DNA of 64,000 nucleotides, taken from the NCBI GenBank assembly GCA_014239585.1, contig JAAZYP010000001.1:177955-241954 (forward strand), written 5' to 3'. Numbering within the stretch: the stretch's first letter is position 1; each line of letters opens with the position of its first letter. Positions 35,251-44,232 of this stretch are shown here, one piece after another. Under the pieces are notes generated by a model. It was not told where the DNA came from. It searched no databases and saw nothing but the letters and a program-made list of their open reading frames with translations. The DNA comes from Nanobdellota archaeon (GTDB lineage: Archaea; Nanobdellota; Nanobdellia; UBA10117; ARS21). Both the position numbers and the translations under genes were made by a program.

Positions 35251-35543
35251 TCAATATTATATGCGTAAAAATCTATATGTTCACCGAGTAATTCAGTAAT
35301 AATATAATCCGGAGATTCAATTATGTCATACATTGTTTCGACATTAACAGGTTCATTAATTTCAAAGTTTATTTTTTCTTTAGAGTAAAGAATTTTATCT
35401 ACTGTTGTTTCAATATTAGTTGTAATTTCACCATTTAAATTTGGTTTCATTTCAATTTTTGGTTCCGAAATATGATTTAATACGCAAGGAAATTCGTTTT
35501 CCAATATTAATTCTAAACCTTCAGTCGTCGTTACTTTTACCAT
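35247..35543 (-). CDS. hypothetical acidic protein (98 aa)
   Basis: ORF only; TTAA stop overlap with the previous gene. Confidence 0.4.
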   Translation of the reverse strand: MVKVTTTEGLELILENEFPCVLNHISEPKIEMKPNLNGEITTNIETTVDKILYSKEKINFEINEPVNVETMYDIIESPDYIITELLGEHIDFYAYNID

Positions 35544-35595
35544 ATTTTGGCTTTGTTTTCGCCTTTAAAAAATTAACTAAATTCTTTTTTTTGGT

Positions 35596-35616
35596 ATCGC
35601 TTTTGGAAAAAGCGAT
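35596..35616 (-). terminator. A/T-clamp palindrome ATCGCTTTT-GGA-AAAAGCGAT, 2 nt after the tRNA-Ala 3' end
   Basis: Perfect 9-bp inverted repeat; its arms are near-identical to those of the tRNA-Pro-associated palindrome. Confidence 0.4.
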
Positions 35617-35618
35617 TA

Positions 35619-35693
35619 TGGACGGGCCGGGATTTGAACCCGGGGCTTCTCCGCTGCCAGCGAAGCGCTCTGACCGACCTGAGCTAACCGCCC
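35619..35693 (-). tRNA. tRNA-Ala(GGC)
   Basis: Acceptor GGGCGGT with the G3:U70 identity pair, anticodon loop CTGGCAG, T arm CCGGG-TTCAAAT-CCCGG. There is a 7:66 U-C mismatch. Confidence 0.88.
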
Positions 35694-35764
35694 ATAATTT
35701 TGCTTAAAATTTGACTTTAATAAGTTTTTGATAAAGAATAAAAACAACCAAAGTGATTTGAAAT

Positions 35765-36631
35765 ATGAAAAAGTTCAGTTTTGGATTGATACTATTTTTA
35801 ATTTTACCTGCAATAATTATATTAAGTTCGCCCAATGATCCGATCTCAGATGAAACAAGTTTTACTTTTATTACTGAACAAGATGAGCCGTTGGACGGAA
35901 CATTATATCTTCAAGATTTATCGCTTCCAATAATTGATGGTAAAGTTTTAGTAAATAATTCGCATATTTATTATTTGGATGTATCAGATAATCAACTTAA
36001 ACTGAGGAGTGATATTTCTGCCGAATTTGAACGCAATAATATTTCTTTAACTTTAAATATTGATTTAAAAAATAATATTTCTGATCAAAATACAATTTCA
36101 GTACTCATTGATTCCAAGGAATTTGAGATTGATACTTTTGATCAATATAGATTTGCATCGTCAACAATAAAATATCGATATGAAGAAAAATGCAGTTGGG
36201 TACAATCAAACCGGTTGGAAGAAGCAATATCAATTTTAGAATCTGAAACAATTTTAAATTTTAGGGAGACTTCGCAGGAACCAGATTTATATATTCACTG
36301 CTATGATTATAGTGTTGAAACTGACGAAGGTATTCGCTTGGGAGAAGGTAGTCCGAGATTCTATGAATCTTTTTCTAAAACATTAATTAATTCATCTATC
36401 AACTTATATGCTCGAAAAGATGCAGTCTATTGTGTAAACTATCCTTCAACCGAAATACATGAAATTTTGCACGCTTTAAACTTCGGTCATTTAAACGATT
36501 CAAAAAGTATTTTACACCCCGGAATCGGTGGTGAAACTTGTTCTGAATTAGATAAATCAATAATCGAATGTATCGAAACAATTTATTCGAATAAAAAGGG
36601 TTGCCGCGGAATGAAATTTATAATTAATTAA
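35765..36631 (+). CDS. secreted or membrane-anchored zinc metalloprotease (metzincin-like)
   Basis: N-terminal signal/anchor MKKFSFGLILFLILPAIIIL. HEILHALNFGH gives His-Glu-x-x-His...His spacing as in HExxHxxxxxH. Confidence 0.6.
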   Translation: MKKFSFGLILFLILPAIIILSSPNDPISDETSFTFITEQDEPLDGTLYLQDLSLPIIDGKVLVNNSHIYYLDVSDNQLKLRSDISAEFERNNISLTLNIDLKNNISDQNTISVLIDSKEFEIDTFDQYRFASSTIKYRYEEKCSWVQSNRLEEAISILESETILNFRETSQEPDLYIHCYDYSVETDEGIRLGEGSPRFYESFSKTLINSSINLYARKDAVYCVNYPSTEIHEILHALNFGHLNDSKSILHPGIGGETCSELDKSIIECIETIYSNKKGCRGMKFIIN

Positions 36632-36827
36632 TTCCGTTATTTCTTGAACAGAACGATCTTAATTGATGTTTTAGACTATCGCAATTTGTTTTTCTTAATT
36701 TAGTTTCCCATTTAGTATAAAATGAAGATCGTGACATTGCGCGCGTAGGAATTAAACGAAGATCTCGATTAAAGTCTATATGCATTTGATCACATTGTTT
36801 TTCCAATCTACGATTTCGTATTACCAT
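36624..36827 (-). CDS. doubtful basic ORF (67 aa)
   Basis: ORF only; 8-nt convergent overlap. Confidence 0.25.
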   Translation of the reverse strand: MVIRNRRLEKQCDQMHIDFNRDLRLIPTRAMSRSSFYTKWETKLRKTNCDSLKHQLRSFCSRNNGIN

Positions 36828-36887
36828 TTTTTTATTAAACAGTGATATAATAAAAATGCTTATATTGATTGTTCGTATATTTGATTC

Positions 36888-37076
36888 ATGAATGCTAAAA
36901 AATTAATGCGATATAATGCTGCACTTTTTGCACTTGTTTTTATTGGACATGCTGCAAGAGTAACTAACGGTTGGAACATGAATGTTGCAAGTTGGGCAGT
37001 TCCGATGTGGTTAAGCTGGACTGCAGTCGTAATTATTGGATATCTTGGTTGGAATAACTACCAATTAAGTAAATAA
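36888..37076 (+). CDS. small 2-TM membrane protein (62 aa)
   Basis: Two hydrophobic segments. Confidence 0.45.
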   Translation: MNAKKLMRYNAALFALVFIGHAARVTNGWNMNVASWAVPMWLSWTAVVIIGYLGWNNYQLSK

Positions 37077-37100
37077 TCAACCTTTTAGAAAAACGTTGAA

Positions 37101-37123
37101 GAAAAACCCAATCGGGGTTTTTT
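37101..37123 (+). terminator. hairpin AAAAACCC-AATCG-GGGTTTTT with T-run
   Basis: 8-9 bp stem starting 25 nt after the stop at 37076; the T6 run forms part of the stem. Confidence 0.4.
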
Positions 37124-37155
37124 GACATCACTTTTATTAAATTAAAGTTTTTGAT

Positions 37156-37178
37156 ATAACTTTTTTTGAAAAAGTTAT
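37156..37178 (-). terminator. A/T-clamp palindrome ATAACTTTTT-TTG-AAAAAGTTAT overlapping the tRNA-Val discriminator
   Basis: Perfect 10-bp inverted repeat; the outermost pair uses the discriminator position. Confidence 0.4.
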
Positions 37179-37252
37179 GGTCCGACCAGGATTCGAACCT
37201 GGGATCTTCCCGAAGTCAACGGGACGTCATAACCGAACTAGACCATCGGACC
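37178..37252 (-). tRNA. tRNA-Val(GAC)
   Basis: Acceptor GGTCCGA/TCGGACC, anticodon stem TCCCG/CGGGA with loop TTGACTT, T arm CCAGG-TTCGAAT-CCTGG. Confidence 0.92.
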
Positions 37253-37723
37253 TTATATCAACTCTTTGATTTCAACAACATTTTTGATTTCAAATTTTGC
37301 TTTTTCAAAATCATTTTTTGGTTTGATGTTTGCGTATCTTCCAGTTAAAACTCTTACTGTTTCCAGGCTCAATTTATTACCTTGATAAATTTCGCCTTCT
37401 GGTCGATCTCCCACTACAAAAGTTTTGTCGGGATTATATTTTCTAATAAGTTTTTGAAATGATTGTTTTTTTTCTTCATTTGTATTAACAATTAATACGT
37501 CTTTAATGAAATCAAGATTTAGATTTTTAATCTTAGTTGATTGATAATCTGAATTCCCTTTTGTCACAATTGCTGGAATAAAATTTGAAGATTTAATTAA
37601 TTCAATGATCCCTGGAAACGGCGTTATATCTTGTATCAAATCATAATTATCTGGTACATCTAAACCAACTTGTTTAGTTTTATCATATAATGTATCATCT
37701 AAATCGAATATTACTAATTTCAT
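37253..37723 (-). CDS. HAD-superfamily hydrolase
   Basis: Motif I IFDLDDTLY, motif II VTKG, motif IV GDRPEGE. Its stop codon directly abuts the tRNA-Val 5' end. Confidence 0.75.
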   Translation of the reverse strand: MKLVIFDLDDTLYDKTKQVGLDVPDNYDLIQDITPFPGIIELIKSSNFIPAIVTKGNSDYQSTKIKNLNLDFIKDVLIVNTNEEKKQSFQKLIRKYNPDKTFVVGDRPEGEIYQGNKLSLETVRVLTGRYANIKPKNDFEKAKFEIKNVVEIKELI

Positions 37724-38031
37724 TATTCAAGAATTTGAATTTCTAAGTTAATATCGTGTGGTATTGGTACTCTTAGAACTAAATGTAATGCTCTTTCATC
37801 GGCAGCTAAATCAATTAATCGCTTATGAATTCTCATTTCGTATTTTTCCCAAGATGCTTTTCCTTCACCTTGAGGAGATTTTCTTACTGGAACCATCATT
37901 ATTTTGGTTGGTAATGTGATTGGACCTGCCATCTTTGTCTTTGTCTTTTTTGCAATGTCTTTAATTTGAGCGATAACTTCGTTTAGCTTCTCTAATTCTG
38001 TTCCATATAATTTTATTCTTGCTTTTGGCAT
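37723..38031 (-). CDS. rps10: 30S ribosomal protein S10 (uS10)
   Basis: MPKARIKLYGT...GPITLPTK...RIHKRLIDL. Confidence 0.92.
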   Translation of the reverse strand: MPKARIKLYGTELEKLNEVIAQIKDIAKKTKTKMAGPITLPTKIMMVPVRKSPQGEGKASWEKYEMRIHKRLIDLAADERALHLVLRVPIPHDINLEIQILE

Positions 38032-38096
38032 TGTAATATCACTTAGTATGTGTTTTTAAAAAGGTTTCCAAAGATAAATTTGAAAAAGGAGCATAG

Positions 38097-38114
38097 GGAG
38101 GTCCGAAGACCTCC
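38097..38114 (-). terminator. GGAGGUC-UUCG-GACCUCC hairpin (C(UUCG)G tetraloop) between tuf and rps10
   Basis: Perfect 7-bp G/C-rich stem with a UUCG loop on the transcribed strand, 8 nt after the tuf stop and 66 nt before the rps10 start. Confidence 0.45.
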
Positions 38115-38122
38115 GATTAATA

Positions 38123-39388
38123 TTACGCCTTTACGACGTCAATACACTTTCCAGCTGCTACAGTTTTACCCATATCTCGAATAGCGATTCTGCTCAATTG
38201 AGGAAAATCTGCTGCTTTCTCAATACAGACTGGTCTGTTAGGAATACATTTGATTTCTGCAAAATCTCCATTTCTTAACATATCTGGATTCTTTTCCATT
38301 GTTTCACCGGTTCGTGGATCGATCTTTCGAACGATTTCAGTAACTCTACATGAAACTTGTGCGGTATTGATGTGGAATACTGGAGAGTAACCAATAGTCA
38401 ATACAGATGGATGGTTCATAACCATTATTTGTGCAGTGAATTCTTTAGCAACTGAAGGTGCATTACTTACATCTCCAATCATATCTCCTCGTTTCATATC
38501 GGTTTTACCGATACCTCGAATAGATATTCCGACATTGTCTCCCGGATTTGCTAATTTCATTTGCTCGTGGTGCATTTCAATAGTCTTTAATTCACCTGAT
38601 TTTCCAGATGGCATAACTACTAAATTTGAACCTAATTTCATTACTCCAGTTTCGATTCTACCTACTGGAACTGTTCCAATTCCTGTAATTGTATAAACGT
38701 CTTGTACTGGCATTCGTAATGGTAAATTTGTTGGTAACTCCGGTGCTTTCAAAGCATTTAATGAAGTTAACAAAGGTTCTCCTTTATACCAACTCATTTG
38801 TTCTGATTTCTTCAAAATGTTATCTCCTGGAAGCGAAGCGATTGGTACAATTGGTACATCGTCTACTTTCCATCCATAACCTGTTAATAATTTTTTAACG
38901 TCTGCAGTAACTGCGTCAAATTTTGCTTGATCATAATTAACAATATCCATCTTGTTAACTGCGACAATCAATTGTTGAACTCCAAGAGTTTTCGCTAAGA
39001 AAGCGTGTTCTCGGGTTTGCTCGTTTACTGAGTCGTTAGCCGCTACAACTAATACAGCTGCATCAGCTTGAGATGTTCCTGTAATCATGTTCTTAATAAA
39101 GTCCTTGTGACCAGGTGCATCAATAATCGTAAAATTGTACTTATCAGTATCAAATTTCTTATAAGTTAAGTCGATTGTAACTCCTCTCTCACGTTCTTCT
39201 TTTACTGTGTCCATAACGTAAGCGAATTCGAATCCTGACTTACCTAATTCAGCTGCTTTTTCTTTCAGCTTTTTCATCGTTTGTTCGTCGATTGCTCCAG
39301 AATCGAATAAGATTCTTCCGACTGTAGTGGACTTTCCGTGATCTACGTGTCCAATTACTACTAAATTTATATGTGGTTTATCTGCCAT
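38123..39388 (-). CDS. tuf: translation elongation factor EF-1 alpha
   Basis: GHVDHGKST, DAPGH, NKMD, full-length 421 aa. Confidence 0.97.
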   Translation of the reverse strand: MADKPHINLVVIGHVDHGKSTTVGRILFDSGAIDEQTMKKLKEKAAELGKSGFEFAYVMDTVKEERERGVTIDLTYKKFDTDKYNFTIIDAPGHKDFIKNMITGTSQADAAVLVVAANDSVNEQTREHAFLAKTLGVQQLIVAVNKMDIVNYDQAKFDAVTADVKKLLTGYGWKVDDVPIVPIASLPGDNILKKSEQMSWYKGEPLLTSLNALKAPELPTNLPLRMPVQDVYTITGIGTVPVGRIETGVMKLGSNLVVMPSGKSGELKTIEMHHEQMKLANPGDNVGISIRGIGKTDMKRGDMIGDVSNAPSVAKEFTAQIMVMNHPSVLTIGYSPVFHINTAQVSCRVTEIVRKIDPRTGETMEKNPDMLRNGDFAEIKCIPNRPVCIEKAADFPQLSRIAIRDMGKTVAAGKCIDVVKA

Positions 39389-39475
39389 TTTTTTTAATCC
39401 TAAATTGCTGAGTATTCTGCAATTATTGCTGATATGACCTATTTAATGAGCTTTAAAAAGATTACGGTGTCGTTA

Positions 39476-40420
39476 TTAATTTGACGTAATTGCTGCAAAT
39501 TCTAAAATTGGGTCATAATTCCACTCAAGCCGATTAACGGTTTTACTATGTGCAATTGTAGCTTGATCTACTTTTCGTGCGATTTTTTTCAGAGACATTT
39601 GATCTCCGTTTCTCATTCTTCGAACCTGATAATTTTCTCGCAGATCATCTTCTCCGCTTAAAAGTGAGTCTAAATCTGATCGAATTTCTCTCATTGCTTT
39701 TGCATAAGATACGGTTCGCTTCGGAATAACTTGAACATTGAATGCTCTTTTTCCTTGATAAATTGTAGTTTTTTCAGTTTGAGTAAGATTATCTAAATCA
39801 ACGCCCATATATTCTGCCGCTCGAGATTTTAATGCATCATTAAATGGCTTAATTATTTGGTTATTTAAATATGCATCAATATGTTTTGCTTTTGCCTGTG
39901 TAACAATTGCTTCACGCGTAATTGTGCTATAATCTTTATCTAATGAAAATATTGTTGCAGGAGGTACTTCCCAATCAAGAATTCCTTCTTCATCTAAGAA
40001 TTTATCTAAATTATATAATTTGATTTTTTGCTCCAGCGTTCGATTTGTTGATTCACTAATTAAATCATCCAATCTAGTGACGGTATCTTGAATATTAATA
40101 AATTTTCTTCGGTTTAGATTTTGTTCTTTAAGATATCCTGAAAATCCAGCATGGATAGATTTGTGAGATACACTTGAGGTTGGTTTCGATGCGATTTCTC
40201 CTTCAATTCCACCATAGTTAAATTCAGTTTTTCTTAATTCACGCGGAATGCTTTCCTTAGAATAACCCGTTGTTGCTTTTAATGCCTTAGAAATAGTACT
40301 ATCTATAGCTCTAACAAAACTTCTTTGTTGTTCTGCTTCTTTGAGAGTTCTGAAACCTTTCTCGGAAATTCCTACAACAGGTTCAGGTACTTGTATTGCG
40401 ATAGTAGTTGCTCTTTTCAT
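39476..40420 (-). CDS. orphan protein (314 aa) inserted between fusA and tuf
   Basis: Intact ORF with its own AT-rich upstream region (40421-40520). No motif recognised and no TM segments. Confidence 0.55.
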   Translation of the reverse strand: MKRATTIAIQVPEPVVGISEKGFRTLKEAEQQRSFVRAIDSTISKALKATTGYSKESIPRELRKTEFNYGGIEGEIASKPTSSVSHKSIHAGFSGYLKEQNLNRRKFINIQDTVTRLDDLISESTNRTLEQKIKLYNLDKFLDEEGILDWEVPPATIFSLDKDYSTITREAIVTQAKAKHIDAYLNNQIIKPFNDALKSRAAEYMGVDLDNLTQTEKTTIYQGKRAFNVQVIPKRTVSYAKAMREIRSDLDSLLSGEDDLRENYQVRRMRNGDQMSLKKIARKVDQATIAHSKTVNRLEWNYDPILEFAAITSN

Positions 40421-40520
40421 CGGGGAAAACTAAGAATATATGTGTTTAAAAAGCAATCTAAATGTAATCTTTTATATTAAAATATCATTTTTGATCTGCC
40501 TTTTTCCTAAAAAGTTAGCG

Positions 40521-42710
40521 TTAATCTAATTGAGGTTGTGGCTCTTCTTCTTTCAAACCTTTTCTTTGTCGAATCTTTAATGCTACGTTCTTTTGTAATT
40601 CGTAAGGTAGCTTTTCAAAATTTTGGTCCATTAGGAACCACGCTCCTCGTCCTTTCGTACTTGCTCGTAGATTAGAAGTAAATCCAAAACTGTCTGCGAC
40701 TGGAACTTTAGCTGTAATTGTTAATGCTCCTTGATCTTGTTCAGTATCAACTAACTGTCCTCGAATGCTTTGAACTAATTTAGAAACATTTCCTAAATAA
40801 TCCATCGGTGCATCAATTCTCATTGTTTGAATTGGTTCGAACAAAACTGTTCCTGCAGTAAGCATTGCATTATAAATTGAATTTCTCATTGCCGGAATGA
40901 TTTGTGCTGGACCTCTGTGGATACTATCTTCGTGCAATTTTGCATCTGTTAATTTGATTATTAATTTTCCGCAAGGTTCTCGTGAAAGTGGACCTGCTTT
41001 TACTGCTTCTCTGAAAGCTTCCAAAACCAGAGAAATGATTTCGTTGATATATACGATTCCCCGTGTAGCGTCAACAAATATGCATCCATTAAAAACTTCT
41101 TTAACTTTCTTTGCCACATTTCTGTCCATTCCTGCGGTAACAAGTGCTTCAGTCATTTCCTTTAGATTCTTCTTTCGAACTTTTGTTTCCGCAATGTCTC
41201 CGGAATTTATTGCATCAAACATTTTATCTGACATCGGTTCGACTTTAACGAATAAGTGATTATGTTTATTTGGAGATTTTCCTACAAGAACCGGAGATTC
41301 TTTTGCCACAGATTCTCTGTAAACAACAATTGGATCTGAGGTAACAATATCTATACCTTTATCCCGAGTGATTAGGTGTTCTTTAATTTCTAAATGTAAT
41401 TCCCCTAAACCAGCAATAATATTTTCTCCAGTTTCTTGATTGATTGTAACTTTCAAAGTTGGATCTTCTTTTTCCAATCCTCTTAAAACTTCAATTAATT
41501 TTGGAAGATCTTTTGGATTTTTGGCTTCAATTGCCTTAGATACAACTGGTTCGAATAAGTGTGAAATTGCTTCAAATCCTTCAACAGACGCATCAGTAGT
41601 AATTGTTTCTCCTGCGTGGGCCGCTCTCATTCCAACAATTCCTGCAATATTTCCTGCGGGAACTGAATCAACAACTAATCTTTGTCCGCCTTTTGCTAAA
41701 ACAATTTGTTGTGTTCTTGCCTTCGAACCTGCATTGATTAAATTTACTTCTGATCCTTTCTTTAATGTTCCTGAGAAAACTCGCCCGTATGCGATTTCTC
41801 CAGCTTGCGGATCAATCATAACTTTGGTCACTACAAAAATTAGTGGTCCATTTGGATCACAAGTTAATAGTGCTTTTCCTGCTTCTGATTCTTTATCGCC
41901 TTGCCATAATTTTTGAATTCTATATCTTTGAGAATCTACAGGTGAAGGTAGATGAGTAATTACTGAATCTAAAACTGCTTCATGTAATGGAACTGCTTTT
42001 CTTAATCCCACCGGATCATCTTTTTCATAAAATGCATAAACATCTTTGAAACCGAAATTTTTCTTTTTCATTATGTTTACTGATAATGCCCAATTTTGGT
42101 ATGCTGAACCAAATGCTACACTTCCGTCTTGAACTGAAACTTGCCATGATTCTCGATATTCGTCTGGTGCATATTGTCTAATTAGTTTGTTTACTCCTTG
42201 AATAATCTTAACAAATCTTTCTTGCATTTGTTCAGGGGTTAATTGTAATTCTTTGATTAATCTATCAACTTTGTTAATGAATAAAATTGGTTTTACTCTT
42301 TCTTTGAGAGCTTGTCTCAAAACGGTTTCAGTTTGTGGCATACAACCCTCAACTGCACATGCTAAAACTACTACTCCGTCAACTGCTCTCATTGCCCGAG
42401 TAACTTCCCCTCCGAAATCCACGTGACCCGGAGTATCAATTAAATTAATTAAATAATCCTTTTCATTTACTCTGTGCATCATTGAAATATTTGCACTATA
42501 AATTGTAATTCCTCTTTCAGCTTCTTCTTCGTCAAAATCCAAAGCTCTTTGTTTTCCGGCTAATTCTTCAGAAATCATTCCTGCTCCAGACAGTAAATTA
42601 TCTGAAAAAGTTGTTTTTCCGTGATCGATATGTGCTGCAATACCAATATTTCGGATATTTGCAGGTACTTTCATCCCTTCTAAAATTTGGGAGGTCATAT
42701 CTTTAGCCAT
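40521..42710 (-). CDS. fusA: translation elongation factor EF-2
   Basis: AHIDHGKTT, DTPGHVDF, NKVD, and the diphthamide-region HRGPAQ; 729 aa. Confidence 0.97.
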   Translation of the reverse strand: MAKDMTSQILEGMKVPANIRNIGIAAHIDHGKTTFSDNLLSGAGMISEELAGKQRALDFDEEEAERGITIYSANISMMHRVNEKDYLINLIDTPGHVDFGGEVTRAMRAVDGVVVLACAVEGCMPQTETVLRQALKERVKPILFINKVDRLIKELQLTPEQMQERFVKIIQGVNKLIRQYAPDEYRESWQVSVQDGSVAFGSAYQNWALSVNIMKKKNFGFKDVYAFYEKDDPVGLRKAVPLHEAVLDSVITHLPSPVDSQRYRIQKLWQGDKESEAGKALLTCDPNGPLIFVVTKVMIDPQAGEIAYGRVFSGTLKKGSEVNLINAGSKARTQQIVLAKGGQRLVVDSVPAGNIAGIVGMRAAHAGETITTDASVEGFEAISHLFEPVVSKAIEAKNPKDLPKLIEVLRGLEKEDPTLKVTINQETGENIIAGLGELHLEIKEHLITRDKGIDIVTSDPIVVYRESVAKESPVLVGKSPNKHNHLFVKVEPMSDKMFDAINSGDIAETKVRKKNLKEMTEALVTAGMDRNVAKKVKEVFNGCIFVDATRGIVYINEIISLVLEAFREAVKAGPLSREPCGKLIIKLTDAKLHEDSIHRGPAQIIPAMRNSIYNAMLTAGTVLFEPIQTMRIDAPMDYLGNVSKLVQSIRGQLVDTEQDQGALTITAKVPVADSFGFTSNLRASTKGRGAWFLMDQNFEKLPYELQKNVALKIRQRKGLKEEEPQPQLD

Positions 42711-42766
42711 GAAAGCAATAGATATGATAGTTTTATATAGTTTTTGACAATGCGGAAAAAATTAGA

Positions 42767-44194
42767 TTATTTTGTCAATTCTTCAATTATCTTTGCAACT
42801 TTTTTGCCGTCTGCTCGTCCGGCAAGTTCAGACATTGCGTTTCCAATTAATGCGCCTTTCGGAAGTTTAGAATTTGATTTTACTATTTTTTCGACAATCT
42901 TTTGAAGTTCTGAATCAGAAATTGGTTTATATGATTTTGAGATATTATCTAAAGTTTCGCCTTTCGTAAATCTTTCCATGATTTCAGAAAGTGAGTCTTT
43001 CGTAATTTTAGAATTGGCTAGAAGCGAAAACATATCAAAATAAAATTTATCTGGAAATTTCCAAGAATTAATCTTTAATTTTCTTTTGATTTCTTTTGAA
43101 GTACTTAGTATTGTTGTTGCAATTAATGTCGGATTTATTTCAGTTTCTAAAATTTTATCAAAAACATTGCTTCGAGCAGAATTTGCAATCATCGAAGAAA
43201 GTTCTTCATTTAATCCAAGTTTTAGATATCTTTCTTTTCTCGTAGATATTAGTTCTGGAAGTTTTATTGAATTTAATTTATTAAAATTTGTTTGAATAAT
43301 CGGTAAATCTGTTTCAGGATACATTCTTGCGGAGGTTGGCATCGGTCTCAAAAATTTTGATGTTGCATCTGCCTTGACATTTCTAACTTCGCCTCCAACT
43401 TTCCGATTCATTGATAATTCATCCTGTTGCCGTTCAATTTCAGAATCTACAATTTTTTGAATTTCTTTGATTTCCTGAACACCTTTTAATTCAACTCTTC
43501 CTCCGCCCGAAATTGAAATATTAACATCTTGCCGGATTGTTCCAATTCCTCGCTTTACTTTTCCCGTTGAACGCAAAATCATTCCAATTTTTTGCGCAGT
43601 TTCTTTAATGTGGTCTGGGTCATGCATCTCTGGTGCAGTTGTTATTTCAATTAAAGGTATTCCCAATCGATCTAATCGATAGGTTACTGAATTTTTATCT
43701 TCGGAAACTCTTCGTGCAGAATCTTCTTCCAAAATTACAGATTCAATTGAGACTTTACCTTTTGAGGTTTCAATATATCCGTCTGTTCCAACCAAACAAG
43801 TTCGCTGGAATCCCGAAGTATTTGATCCGTCTACAACAGTTTTTCTCATTATTTGAATAAAGGGTATTATTTTACAATTTAATAATCGACAAACCGTATA
43901 GATTAGGGATAATGCTTCTTCATCAACTTCAAGTGGCGGTTCTTCGTCAGTTTCAATTAATGACGTATTTGAATTATGAACTTCATAAATATAATCTAAA
44001 TTTTTACTTGTTTCAAATGAAGCCGCAATATCAATTTTTCCTGATTCTCCCGTCGTTGCGCGCAATTTTCGTTTTATTTTTGTATCAGCTATGTCTTTTG
44101 TTAATTTTGAATCGCATCTCGAAAATAATTTTCCTGTATCTAACTGCTGGTGTATTTCTAATCCAGCCTTAAGACCGATAGTACCATAATTCAT
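42767..44194 (-). CDS. gatE: Glu-tRNA(Gln) amidotransferase subunit E, unusually compact (475 aa)
   Basis: GLKAGLEIHQQLDT (GatE-type N-terminus), RQDVNISI, GVQEI, C-terminal YqeY/GatB-like tail. Sits immediately downstream of gatD on the same strand. Confidence 0.8.
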   Translation of the reverse strand: MNYGTIGLKAGLEIHQQLDTGKLFSRCDSKLTKDIADTKIKRKLRATTGESGKIDIAASFETSKNLDYIYEVHNSNTSLIETDEEPPLEVDEEALSLIYTVCRLLNCKIIPFIQIMRKTVVDGSNTSGFQRTCLVGTDGYIETSKGKVSIESVILEEDSARRVSEDKNSVTYRLDRLGIPLIEITTAPEMHDPDHIKETAQKIGMILRSTGKVKRGIGTIRQDVNISISGGGRVELKGVQEIKEIQKIVDSEIERQQDELSMNRKVGGEVRNVKADATSKFLRPMPTSARMYPETDLPIIQTNFNKLNSIKLPELISTRKERYLKLGLNEELSSMIANSARSNVFDKILETEINPTLIATTILSTSKEIKRKLKINSWKFPDKFYFDMFSLLANSKITKDSLSEIMERFTKGETLDNISKSYKPISDSELQKIVEKIVKSNSKLPKGALIGNAMSELAGRADGKKVAKIIEELTK

Positions 44195-44232
44195 ATTTTA
44201 TTTACTTATCAAAAGTTTAAAAGATTTTCAGG

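Noticed and set aside
39404-39435. Direct repeat ATTGCTGA(G)TAT, two copies 21 nt apart, upstream of tuf
   Set aside because: Only an 8-nt exact core, which is well within chance expectation for this composition.
38436-44172. Antisense or alternative-frame ORFs inside tuf, fusA and gatE (38436.., 38689.., 40897.., 41440.., 43086.., 43633.., 43912..)
   Set aside because: They lie entirely within strongly supported conserved genes on the opposite strand, and their compositionally biased translations have no motifs.
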